Below are positions 37,700-50,240 of a stretch of DNA of 64,000 bases, piece by piece. How positions within the stretch are numbered: position 1 is the stretch's first letter; every line of letters begins with the position of its first letter. Under the pieces are notes generated by a model that was given only the letters and a program-made list of their open reading frames with translations, was not told the origin of the DNA and ran no database searches. A program made the position numbers and the translations under genes. This DNA comes from Mobula hypostoma (Eukaryota), in assembly GCF_963921235.1 (NCBI RefSeq), contig NC_086097.1, forward strand, positions 46,440,001 through 46,504,000, written 5' to 3'.

Positions 37700-38120
37700 C
37701 TGCTGTAGAGTCGCCCAGATCATTAGTACTCAGCCAGATTCGCCGTCTGGACCAGCCACCTTTTGTGGATTCCGCATCTTGAAGGGATTCCCGAATGGCA
37801 TCAGATTATAGAGTCATCAGAAAACGTGGGGGCTCATGTGGATGGGTATTCTTGATGTGGCAGGGTCCTGTTCCTCGAACTACTCATAACCTGAATCGTC
37901 AGTAGGTCGGAAATGCGGCCACATGCCAAAGTTCCCACTTGGCAGAAGATGCCTGCCCTGCAGCAGGCGACAAATCCATTTGATTAGATTCTAGATGGTC
38001 ATTCACAAGTATGGACTGTACATAAGTCCAACGATCATAAACTGAAGAGTTCCTGTTTTTGGCACTTGGCTGGACCCCGTGCAACAGTCCCTTAAATTCC
38101 TTACGGGTGTGCGACATGAT
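37700..38120 (-). mobile_element. Rex1/Babar LINE internal fragment (pre-RT region)
   Basis: Minus strand FKMRNPQKVAGPDGESG*VL resembles the NPRKAAGPDG motif. Confidence 0.55.
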
Positions 38121-38357
38121 GTGTCAACATTTATGCATTGTAATAGAATTTATTAATTTAATGGTACAATGAATGTAAAGAATGATGTTACTGACTGTAT
38201 CCCTTGAATATGTTATAAATAGTGCATGTCATTGAAATGTTAAGAAATGTTTGCTGAAATACTCCTTCAATAAGTTCCTTGATGATTCCACCACTGGCAA
38301 TACTTCAGTACCAGTGTATGGCTATTCTCACACATATTCCATATATAACATTAGAAA

Positions 38358-39000
38358 CAGAATGAGAATCAGATTTGTTATCACTGACTTAATTATGTGA
38401 AATATGTTGTTTTGCATCAGCAGTACAGTGGAAAGACACAAAATTACTATAAGTTTCAAAAAAAAGGAATAATAAGGCAGTGATATGGGTTCATAGACCA
38501 TTCTGAAATCTTACAGTGGAGGAGAAGAAACTGTCCCTGAATCAGAGAGTGGGTCTTCAGGCTCTTGTACCTACTCCCCAGTTGTAGTAATGAGAAGATG
38601 GCTTGTCCCAACCCTTAGTGATAAACACCACCTTCTTGAATCACCACTTCTTGAAGATGCCCTCAGTGGTGGAGAGTATTGTCACTGTGATGGAGGCTGG
38701 TTGAGTCTACAACCTCTGCAGCCCCTTGCAAGTCTGTGCATTAGAACCTCCACACGAGGCTGTGATGCAACCAGTCAGAATGTTCTCCACTGTGCATGTG
38801 TGGAAATTTTCAAGGATATTTGGTGACATGTGGAACTCCCTCAATCTCCTAATAAGGTATAGCGTCTTCATGATTGCATCAATGCATAGGGCCCTGGTAG
38901 ATCCTCCAAGATTTTGACACCTATGAATTTTAAGCAGCTCATTCTTTCTACTGCCAACCCCTTAATGAGGTGTCTGTTTCCCTTCGTGAGATCCATAACC
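38358..39000 (-). mobile_element. Rex1/Babar 3' portion, degenerate
   Basis: Homologous to 59250-60060; HSGEHSDWLHHSL is the alternate frame of VESILTGCIT. Confidence 0.75.
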
Positions 39001-39344
39001 AAAATTCAAGTTTAATTGTCATTCAGCCAAATGAAACAGTGTTTCTCTGGGGCCAAGGTGTAGGACACAGTACATTCAATCTCACACAGCACAAAGCATG
39101 TACAGCATGTATAATTACAATAGCAGAAACCATACAATTACAAAATTAATAATAATAATAATATTGCTCAAGTTCCTGAGCGTCATGCCCTGTAAATTGA
39201 TGGTGAATGGATGTTGTCTTGGAGGCATGTTTCTGCAAGAGCATCTCCTCACCATTCCTTATCGTGTGCTAGTGCAGCCGTAGTTAAATGTAATCCATCT
39301 TGACTTCCACAGAGTGAATGCTGGAGAACAGTACCGACAGGAGA

Positions 39345-40160
39345 GACCAGCACGGATATCCCCTGTGCCAGACCGCCTCCGGTGGATGGTAGCTGCAGGC
39401 AACTCCGCAGGATGAGGGCCTGGTGTGCGCTACAACTGAGGCTATACAGAGATCCCTCAATGTCAGCAACACGAAAGAGCTGGTCATTGACTTTAGGAAA
39501 GCGAACAGTGTATTTGCACCTGTTTATATCAACAGTGTTGAGGTTGAGAAGGGTGAGAAGTTTAAATCCCTAGGACTGAACATCACCAGTAGCCTATCCT
39601 GATGCCACAGGGCAGACATAGATGCCACAGCCAAGAAAGTTCATCACTGCCTCTAGTCCTTCAGGAGGCTAAGGATATTTGGCATGTCCCTATTGACCCT
39701 TACCATCTTTTATCGATGCACCGTAGAAGGTATCCTATTTGGATGTATAATGGTTTGAAATGGCAACTGCTCTACATGTGACTGCAAGACACGGCAGACA
39801 GTTGTGGACATAGCTCAACGTATCATGGAAACTAGCCTCCCCTCCACCGCCATTGCCTACACTTCTCACTACTTCAGTAAATGAGACAGCATAATCAAAG
39901 ATCCCACAGCCAGACATTCCCTCTTCTCTCCTCTTCCATCAAGCGGAAGATAAAAAACCCTGAAAGTACATACCAACAGGCCAAAGGACAACTTTAACCC
40001 TGCTGTTATACGACTATTAAGTGGTTCCCTAGTTCAATAAGATGGACTCTTGGCATGACAATCTACATCATTGCGAGCCTGCTCTTTATTGTTTACCTGC
40101 AATGCACACTCTTTGCAGCTGTTATACATCGCTCTGCACTATTATTGTTTTACCGCTCTG
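39345..40160 (+). mobile_element. Rex1/Babar 3' portion, degenerate
   Basis: LNVSNTKELVIDFRK, FYRCTVEGILFGCIMV, IIKDPT.RHSLFSPLPS. Confidence 0.8.
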
Positions 40161-40479
40161 GAATTGTGTTGAGTAACTGATTACTCTCTGGGTTGCAACA
40201 CTGTGTACTGTGGATCTTGCCGTAAATTACCCATTCCCATGGAAGAACTCCACAATCTTGACACAGTAAACTTTTCCCAAGCACCTTTGCCCTGAGTTTG
40301 AATTACAGGGAATGTTTTTTTTCCCCCAGTAGCTTAGAAAAAGATTCAAAGACAGTTATGGCTAAGGCTGGCTATTCAGGGCAGGAGACAAAATGTATGC
40401 TGTGACTGAAGTGTATATTCTCACAAGGTCTTCAGGAAACTGATCTCAGTGATGAGTAATGCATTCACAGGCTCAGATT

Positions 40480-41440
40480 TACCAAGCTGAGATATATTAC
40501 ACATGGAAAAACCTTTCACCACACTCTCAGATCTGTGCCTTTCTCTATGGAAGTCCAGGTCACCTTGACTTTCTGCTGTGGCTCCTGATAGGCCCAGGCC
40601 CTATTTAATCATTTCACTTGCTATGATATCCAGAAGGAATAGTAGCATCCTGGACATTGGGATTTGCCAGCATTGTTGAACTCCCAAGAGTACAGGTAGT
40701 TGCTCCTAACTATGTCCTACACTCCTTCTCATTGCTGAGATCCCATGCAAACTGGGTGAAGGCTTTGGCAAACACCTTTGCTCTGTCCATTGCAACAGCC
40801 GGTATCTCCCAGTGGCTAGCCTTTTTAATTCCACTTCCCATTCTCACACTGTCAAGTCTGACCATGGCTTCCTCTACTACCACACTGAGGCCAGGCAGAG
40901 ATTGAAGGAGCCACACCTAATATCCCATCTTGGTAGACTTTGATCCACCAGCATCAACTTTGTTTTCTCTTACTTCTAGTAACCAGTCACGTCTGTCCCC
41001 CACTTCTTTGTTTTTCCTTATCTCTCATGCCTTTACCCTCCTCTTTCCTGTGTCCTGTTCATCACCTTCACCTTCCTCCCTTAGGTTCCCCACCTCTTTT
41101 CTTTCATTCCATCGTCTCCTGTCCTCTCCTATCATATTTTTCTTCTACCCTTTGCCTCTTCCACCTATCATCTCCCAGCTTCTCACATGATTCACTTTCC
41201 CCACTTCCCCACCCTCCTGCATTCCCATCTCACCTGGATTCTACTGTCACCTGCCAGTGCATGCTCCTCCCTCTCATGCTATTGTTTTATTCTGCCTTCT
41301 GCCCTCTTCCTTTCCATTCCTGACGAAGGGTCTTGGCCTAGAAGGCGGACCTCATTCCCCTCCATAGATGCTGCCTGACTTGCTGAGTTCCTCCAGCATT
41401 TTGTGTTTGTTGCTTGGATTTCCAGCATCTGCAATCTCTT
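40480..41440 (+). mobile_element. Penelope-like element 3' part with a hammerhead-like remnant
   Basis: Homologous to 36260-37090 (FAKHL.SV, PVA.FNS, RLKEPHLI.HLG.L); terminal CTGACGAAGGGTCTTGGCCTAGAAG...GATGCTGCCTGACTTGCTGAGTTCCTCCAGC. Confidence 0.75.
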
Positions 41441-42294
41441 TTGTAACTACTAATAATTCAATCTTTTCCTTGACAGTAAAGCTTCTAGTCCTTCAAAGTT
41501 CAGATGGTTGTACCACATCAGAGGAATTTTCCTCTTTGTAAATGTGAGGAATCCTCGGGGAATTTTCAGAGATGGGTGCAGTGTGACAAGAACTACTTTC
41601 TCCTTTTGTGGTTACTCACCTCAATGCAACCTCCAACTGCAGACCTAAGCAGGATTACCAAAAGAGCCAAGCAACTAACAGTGTGGTAATGGCCATCAAA
41701 ATGGGCATCCTAAAGGTGAACTTCTAAAGCTTGCCACAGTCTAGAGTCCCCAACAGTATATGGCAAGCTGCTGTGGAATCTTCATACTGGTGGCCTGCAT
41801 TCTGCATAATCTTGCAAACCCAGAGTTAGAGGACAATTAGATTAGACTTACTTACTAACCACAGGTAAATCAAAACATATAGTGGAATGTGTTGTTTGCA
41901 TTAACGACCAACGCAATCCGAGGATGTGCTGGGGGAGCCTGCAAGTGTCACCACACATTTCGGCAGCAGCATAGCAACAGCAGCAAACAGGCTGAAAATC
42001 CCAAGGGCCATCAGGTAGATCCTGAAGAACAGCAGGAGCAAGAGGAAGAAGGTAACTACTGGGAGGTTATTTCAGCTCGGTTCATGCAGCCTCAAATCCC
42101 ACCTGAGTGGAGAAGGCAGGCATTCACTACATAGGTAACAAGGACTCCATGATAGAGAAACATTTTTATCATATTCTCAAAAGGTCTCCATATGACAGAC
42201 CTTAAAGCAAAACAGTTAGTCAGGATAGACCATATGATGCATACAATCCTGCACATCCTGATGTGCAGATCCAGCTGCTCTGCATATGACGCAT

Positions 42295-42640
42295 TCATAG
42301 AAACATAGAAAACTTACAGCACAATACAGGTCCTTCAGCCCACAAAGCTGTGCCTTTGAAATTACCAAGGGCTACCCATAGCCCTCTTTTTTTCTAAGCT
42401 CCATGTACCTATCCAGGAATCTCTTAAAAGACCCTATCATATCCGCCTCCACCACCGTTACCGGCAGCCCATTCCACGCACTCACCACTCTCTGCATAAA
42501 AAACTTACCCCTGACATCTCCTCTGTACCTACTTCCAAGCACCTTAAAACTGTGCTCCCTTGTGCGAGCCATTTCAGCCCTGGGAAAAAGCCACAAGATC
42601 AATGCCTCTCATCATCTTTTACACCTCTATCAAGTCACTT
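42295..42640 (-). mobile_element. CR1 3' end (same family as 13675-15423)
   Basis: ORF 42372..42602 TREHSFKV..RGKFFMQRVVSAWNGLP; (CATAGAAA)n tail. Confidence 0.9.
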
Positions 42641-43189
42641 ATTCATAAGTGAATAAATCCTTGCTCCTAATACTTTAATGGCTTCTCATTACATTGCTAT
42701 TTTTTTCCTGATGAATTGCATCTCACTTAAAGAACTCATAAAAATTCAATGATGTTCTCCACTATATGCCTGAGATCAGTGACATGCAGTTCACCTTGGA
42801 TCTCTCGTGAGATTAAGAAATTTTCCATCAGTATTGCTCCATTTTATTTCTTACTGGTGAGGGAGACTACAGAAGCCTCTTTATACAAAGCACTTTTATG
42901 GTGGGCCTGGCTGATATGATTTCCTTTATCAATTGGGTGTTTCCTCTTGGACGGCAAGTTGGTTGAATGGGCCCTCAATTTCCCTCTGAGTGAATGTTAC
43001 ATTAACATTTGAAAATGGGAATGAGAGGGAAAAGGATCAGCCACGATGAAATGTCGGAGAAGACTCGATGGGCCAATCGGCCTAGCTCTTCTCCTGGATC
43101 CTAAGGTCTTATGGTCCTTTGATCTCCCTGCCTCCTGCTTCCCCCAATCCATTGAAGGATCGATGCCCCTGAAATGTTAGCCAGGAAGT

Positions 43190-46000
43190 GCGCCGAGTTG
43201 GTTGAACTCCGGTTGCGGATTCTGCAGGTGCTGATTCAGTTTTATCTTCACGCTGCAAACTACTCTGAAACAGCTCCGAATTGGATTTTGGTATTCCCGC
43301 GATTTTGTTGAGGATAGACGCTAGCCTAAACCATCCATGTTTTACTGCACCAAAAATGGGTGTAATCAAATTTCTAACCATGAAATGTTAATGAGATCCT
43401 ACTATACAAATCCATCGTTCCTCGCTCTTACACCACCCGCCAGCTGAAAAGACGGTCTACCCACTCACTGGCCGCCGGATGAAAGGTGACAAATGTCCGC
43501 CCAGCTCATTGTGACATGTTATTCTGAAGGTGCAGGAGTGGGGCGCAGTAATAATTACATATAGGATGCGGTGCTCTTTAGATTGTGTGGTCAGACGGGT
43601 CAGCGTTGCAATGGCATGAACTGACAATGCGAGCAAAGTCACTTCCTATGTGCGTCCATTGAGAACTGTCCAGAGAGCTCAGCCATCTTTTTACACATCC
43701 AAATATCGGTTCACTTACGTTTGCCGCCCATCTGAGAACAACACAGTGCTGCTTTCCAGAGTCAAAGCATAGTTTACATTAGAATATCTTGCAGTTAGGT
43801 TGCCCTCATTCCCCTGGCGTTGCGACTGTTAAGTGTGAAGCGGATATTTTCACTGCCTTCTCTGGATTGGTTTTATTTCTGGCGTTAGCAATAACATCAA
43901 CATATGCTGGTAATATTCCCAGCGGAAAACACAGCTGCTCGTCCTTGAAGCAATGTTATCGTTACTCACCCTTTGGTGACAACTACAATATCCAGATCTC
44001 ATCTTAGCAATAGAAACATGCTTTCTCGCTCCCTCTCAGTCTAACCACACCCCTAATATTAAGTACAATTCTTCAAGTTTCCCTTTCCCAATCTAATGCC
44101 ACCCTCGTCTCCAAACCATTGTGTAGGCCACTTGGCAGGGTTAAATTACCACAACTGTTCGCCTTTACAAACAGTGACAGCAAGAAAAGCTGAAAACGAG
44201 TAAAACTGAAAATGCTCAGCTGTGTTTATTACCGAGAGACGACGCTTTCAGCCTGGAAATAAGCATTTACTCCACCATCAAGAAACAGTTCATGTTTATG
44301 TTCTCTATCAACTATCTGCATTGATAGTCTGATGCATAGATACTTTAAACAAGCGAAGAATAAGGCAAACGATTCCTGTATCGTGACATCCATTTGTTTT
44401 AAAATAACCTTGATCAGATCGGTTAATATTTGTCTGAGGATTCATGTTCGAACCTTGCTGATAGTCAGATGATGACATGTTGAATGCTAGCCTCAAATAG
44501 CTCCCCTCGCCACATCGGTCTAATTCTTACACTGGTGAATATTTTAAACTTTAAAAAGGGCAAATCTGGAGAGAGATGCATTAAGACGTCACAGCTACCG
44601 CACTCGATTTAGACTTTTAACCTCTTCGGAGAACGAAAAAGATTCTTCGTCGTTTCTGAGAAACGATTTCATTGTTTTGTTGTACTGATCAGCGCAACCA
44701 CCCCCACCCCCACCCGAATGCGATAAGAGTCCAGTACATGGACACTGCAAGTTCCGAAAGCGTCATAGCCAACAGGACGCGGCCGAGACACTGGTGTGGT
44801 TAAATGTCAGGCTGTTTGTTAGAAGGTAGGTGGTTATACATTCGCGCCACCGGAAACTTAAGGCTGCGATCTATCTCCCCTATAAACAGCTGATGATCAA
44901 TTTTAGATCAAATCAAGGTACTCACGGCACCTTTGGGAAAAGGGATGTAAATGAACCGCTTTTTTAAATCCAAAATAATGTCAGAGCTGAGCAATTGATT
45001 CAGATATGAGGATTACCATAATTTGTGTGCATATATTTGATATTCCTGCCTAATGATAAATAATATATTTTAATCAGGATTCCTTTGATCTAATCCCTCT
45101 TTCTCCTCCCGTCGCCACCTCCTTCCCAACATTTACAGCCCCCTTCAAAGATCCTGCCGATAGCACCGGCGGGCTGAGATCTCCACCCCCTCCTGTCATA
45201 AGTGGCCGGCAGTGGCTCGTACCGTGACTGGAGCTCAGTGCCTCTCCCTCAGAATGCCTGTTCACTGATGATGTGGATATGGTGAGAAAGCCTCTCTCTC
45301 TCTCTCCCTCTGTGGCTGTATGGACAATTGCTGTGGTTTTTCCTGGGGCGGCTCACACTCACCGCGTCCCTGTGAGCTGAGGTCGCCGTAGCTAACGTAC
45401 AGCTGCCACCCTTCAAAGTCGGCAACCAGAGACTTATTCGGCGCAAATTAACCTCCCAAAGCTTGCCACATCCCAGACACGAGAACAAGCTCAAGGCGCG
45501 TGCGGCATCCAGGTGAATTTCTCCTCCGAAGGTAGGAATGGTGGCTGTGTTTTGCACGGTTCAGTCCCAATGCTTTGCTATACCGACATAAACAAAGAGG
45601 TGTCGAGCGCAGCCCTGGAGCGAACGAGCCTAACAAACATAAACATTTTCTCTTTCCCCTCTCATCTATCGGTTTAAAACAAACCGATTGATTGATTGAA
45701 TCAACGACAGCCTTCCTGTTGTCAGGGTGGCTAATGCCGAGGCTTGGCGGTATTTGAAATATAATGCACAGAAACAATTAGGAAACATGAAGTTTTGGAA
45801 TGTCATTTTATTGCCAACAAATTCCTTTGCAGCCAAAAATTTCGCTGTATGTTTTCTTGTTGGAACCTATGGGATTGGAATGTATAGAGTACCAGGTTGC
45901 TTATTATCAGTGGCGGTCCCGCTCGTCAATGACAAAGAATGATTGCGCTCCACGTTCTCGTCACCCTATTGAATAAGATCATTGTTCCCCTTCTGGTATG
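43190..46000. promoter_or_regulatory. CpG-rich island / promoter region of the LBH-like gene
   Basis: Visibly high CpG density in non-repeat sequence compared with the CpG-poor background; TATAAA at 44881-44886; lies directly upstream of the first clear coding exon. Confidence 0.7.
45100..45281 (+). other. Candidate exon 1 of the LBH-like gene (5' boundary unknown)
   Basis: GC-rich segment ending ATG ATG TGG ATA TG|GTGAGA (donor at 45282); the phase-2 TG| junction parallels exon 1 of canonical LBH. Confidence 0.45.
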
Positions 46001-46251
46001 AAAATTCCAACCAACGGACTGATGTTCCAGTAAATCTACCCAAACCTGTTTGTTCGGTGACAGTGTATCTGTGTTCCTGCCCAACAGAAGGAAGGGGATC
46101 GCTTTCTGGATGTCTTTTCCGCATGGTTATTTGGTTTCCTGATGTTTAGACACCCCATTCCACTAAACTCCACTGTAGGCAAACGATGTTAGTAAAATGG
46201 TACGTTTGCCTGTAGAATTTGCCAAACTCGTTCAGTACTTTGTGTTTCAGA

Positions 46252-46338
46252 ATGACAGAAGTCATGAGTAGCTGCGAGCCTGTAATGGAGGATTTTACTT
46301 TAAACCCGACTTCAGAGGAAGGGAGGCTACCTTTCCAG
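46252..46338 (+). CDS. lbhl: LBH-family protein (LBH-like / LBHD2 type), coding exon MTEVMSSCEPVMEDFTLNPTSEEGRLPFQ
   Basis: Acceptor TTTGTGTTTCAG| at 46250, ATG at 46252, donor CAG|GTAATG at 46339 (phase 0, 29 codons); MTEVM...ME...(Y/F)Q is the LBH exon-2 pattern. Confidence 0.9.
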
Positions 46339-47239
46339 GTAATGTATGTTTGTGTGATGATAAAATCTATGAGGAGTAAATGCTTAGAACACTATTTTGC
46401 TTCATGGTCGTATTCTGCCGGGTTGGCAGTGCCGCAGAAGTTCATTATTAAGAAAAAAAATTATAGAGCACCTTTCCTAACTCTGTAGTCCCAAAGTGCT
46501 TTACAGTTCCTAATGGAGAAAAAACCCTGCTCTACTAAAGATAATACGCTGATGGAAGTTTATCACTTGTGTTGTTTGCTGAGTTTATTTTTGTCCCTGG
46601 TATCAGTCACCTGGTGTGAAGAATTATTTTAGCAACGTACCTTCACCAGCCCATTAAAACCAAGTAAGTCCTAGCGGTGCGAAGCAAAGGAATGGCACCC
46701 TCACTTACTTAAACGGGAACGATATCTGCAGGGATTATTCATACCATTCTACCTGGAAAGGGAAATGCAGACAAACCTGTGCCAACAATGGTTAGTCTCC
46801 ACATTCCCCAGCTTAGATCACAATCACATATTTTACAAAATGGTTCCAGTCACCAGATGAACTGGAAATATGAAAGGAATTGAGGGAGGAGGAAGATTAT
46901 GTGCTGACCTGTGTCTGAATCTGCAGAGGCCAAGGGTGGATAATATACTTCAGATCCAGCCACAGGCGATGTAATTATGACTTTACAGATTCTCGGACTT
47001 CTTTGCTCACGTGGAAGGGGACGGAAAACCATTTGGAGAGGTTTGCACAGCATCTGTCAGGGACGTGGCTGGTCGTCTTCAAGATGTTACCACTTTCAAG
47101 GTTCTGGAGAAAAATGGTACATGAGGGGGTAGCAATTAAAGAGTGAAAGGCTAGTGTTGTTATGGAGGGGGTGACGGACGTTATTTATTAAAAGAAAACC
47201 AATAGGTTGAGGAGGAAATCCATTAACAGCATGTGTAAA

Positions 47240-47660
47240 AATCTGCTCAGCCAGAGAAGTCAAATGACCAGGAGTTTAATGTGTCTGAGGATACGGGGGC
47301 AAAAATTGGAGATCATGAATGGAATGAGTTTGGAGAAACCATGGGAAGAGACTGGGCAAAAATTGATGTAGTGAAAGCAACAGAATAGGTTGGACAGGTC
47401 ACTGATTTAAATATAATGCATAAAGGGATTTAGGGGGTTGGGAGCAGTAGGCAAAGATCTTTTCACCAGAGCATTGTAGGGATTGGGAACTCACTGACTT
47501 AAAAAGTGGCGGAGGAAGCTATCTTCAACATTTAAAAGGTACTTGAAACGTTGTGATCTGCAAGGCTGCAGACTGGGAGCTGAGAATAGGGAGGGTAGTT
47601 TTTTTACTGGCATGGACACAATGGCTTCATTCTACATCATACATTTTCCACAATTCAAGT
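47240..47660 (+). mobile_element. Old CR1 3' fragment (intronic)
   Basis: Degenerate TTTTCACCAGAGCATTGTAGGGATTGGGAACTCACTG (FSQRVV..WNSL motif). Confidence 0.5.
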
Positions 47661-49009
47661 GCAAGGAGAGACAAAAGCAGAAAAGGTACCTGAGTGGATG
47701 GTCTCTAATTTGAAGATGAGAACATCTGTAGTTCCTGCCATCTGTTAATGCAGACAAAGGAAGGTGTAAAGAGGAAGTTTGTAGTGGAGGGAATTAGTGT
47801 TTCTCATCAAGAAGATCCTCAAGGAATAGTCCATTTTGGCAGAATATGTGGAGTAATATTGGAAGGCTATGCTGGAGTTCACTTGCTAAGCTCAAATTCA
47901 GGGTACTCGGTTTTAAAAGGTAGGCTACAGGCACGTAAAATACATCATGACAGGGTTGTAAGAAAGATGGTGAAGGTGAGAGTTCTTTTCTCCTCTAGGG
48001 ATGATGCAGAAGTAGCTGGGACTAAAGGAGGGGAAGGAATATGATTAGTGAAGAGTACAAATAAGTGTTTGGAGAAAACCTTGTCTGTATTGAGAGCGGG
48101 GGTAGGATGTATTGAGGCGGGGTAGGATGGTGTGACTGATGCATAGGAAATTTATATGCAGGTTCAGAGTGGAGAAGAGAGGACTTATCTTCTAGTAGTG
48201 AAGATAACAGCAGATGACAAAAACATTTTAATTAGCTTGGATTGTAGAGGCTAAAGTAAGAAAGAAGAGTGGAAGTTTTGGGAAGAAAGTTACTGAGAAG
48301 CTCACATAAAGTGCACTTACATAGGTTCAATGTGCAATGTATATTCCTTCAATGAATCTCATCCAATTTACTTTAGATAAATGAATGTAACAGGGATAGA
48401 AAAGCCATTGTGTTACCTTCTTCATGTTTAAGAGGAAGATGAGGACATTGACTCATTCAATTTCCACAGCCTGCTAAGTCAAATTATACAGTTGAGGCTG
48501 TAAATACAGCCAATACTGATATATGCCAATCAAGAGATCTACCCTTCCATAGCACAAATGAACTCTTTAAGGGAAGTCACACAGATGCTAACCACTCAAC
48601 TTTCTTCTGTTGTATAACTATAGTCAACAGTTAATTTTTAAAAAAATATTCATGACAATTAAGTAAGTTCATCTTCTGTTCAATGTAAAATGGAACTGGA
48701 CTAAATAAACAGAACCTAAGTACAGTAAATGTACCATAGTAATAGATTAATATGGCTGTATAATGCACCAATAGAATATATTTCCCAGTTTTGTTCAAAT
48801 CCTATATGAGTGGGAAAGGAATTTAGAATTTCTGGTGCTTTCATTGCTGTGGAGTGATCAAGCTGTTAGCAAGATTACCACCATGTAGTTCAGCTGTAAA
48901 TGAAGGATGGTCTAACAAGATCTTGGATGTGGGGAGAATAGAAGGAAGCTACACTTCATACTGGAATTTGACTTGCTGAAATTACAAAGTGTGCTAGTCA
49001 AGCTAAGAA

Positions 49010-50240
49010 ACACACAGAATATAGCCAAGAACATACCAGCTGGCCTCTCAAACCTGCAGTGCCATTCTACATGATTGTGGCTGATCTGTCCCAGGCCTTG
49101 TCTTTATTTCTATGTGAATTCCACATAGCACTCAAAGAATTGTTTAAAACACTTTAAAATTCCTACGATTAAGCTTCCTCATCCCCCTAGCTAGAGAATT
49201 CCAGAGAGACATTACCCACTGTGAGAATAAATTCCTTCACACATCTGTTTTAATAGACTACCCCTTTACCTTGCAAATGATGCCCTTGTGTCTGTGACTC
49301 TTCCACTACTGGAGGCACCTCAACATCTATCTTGTTATATTTACTTAAGATTATATATGTTTCAATAAGATTGCTCCTCATTCTTCTAAACTCCAAAGAA
49401 CATAGGCCTAAATATTTTAGCCATTTTAATGAGATGACCCTTTTATTCCAGGAATTATCTCCTAAGTCTCACTTGAACTGGCTTCAATGCAGTGCTTCCT
49501 TTCTTCAATAAGGGGACCAAAACTGCACAATAAAAATGCAGCTCACCAACATCTTATGCAAGTTTAATAAAGCTTCTCTAATTTTAAACTCCAAAGACCA
49601 AAATCTCATTTACCTTCTTAATTACTTGCCTCATTTACGTACATGTTAACTTTTTGTGTTTCATGCACACAAAAACCTAGACCTCTGAGCACCAGTCACT
49701 TGCAATCTCTCTCCATTTAGATATAGACTGCCTTTTGTTTCCTTCTACCGAAGTGCATGACCTCACACTTTCCTATATTAAATATCATCTGCTGGGTTTT
49801 TGGCTGTTCATTTAACCTACTGTATATCCTGTTGCCGTCCAAATATTCTCATCACAACCTGCCCTTCTAACTAATTTTGTGTCATCAGCAAATTTAGATT
49901 AATTATATTCTGTCCCTTGCTCCAAATCATTAATATAGATAGTAAGTAACTAAGGACTGTTCCTTAGGGGGCTCCAGTAGGACACATCTGGCCTGTCTAA
50001 CTCTTTGACTCTTTGTCTTCTATGTGATAACCTGTCTCAGTCCATGTTAGCACACTTCCTCAATTCCATAAGTTTTTGTTTTGTGCGCTAGCCTTTCATA
50101 AGACATGGTTTTGAACGCTTACTTGAAATTTACATTACATCTACAGGCACTCCACTATCACCTCTGCTTGTTATATACTCAATGAACTTTAGCAAATTTG
50201 TCAAACATGATTATGCTTTTATGTTGTTGACAGTTTGATT
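49010..50240 (-). mobile_element. Old CR1 RT/3' fragment (intronic)
   Basis: Minus strand FADDTKL (about 49870), WSPY*RK, FILTVGNVSLEFS region; heavily decayed. Confidence 0.7.

Noticed and set aside
47700..48300. Purine-rich intronic tract with ORF 47748..48044
   Set aside because: Probably an ancient retroelement remnant; no diagnostic motif to classify it and no evidence of a gene.
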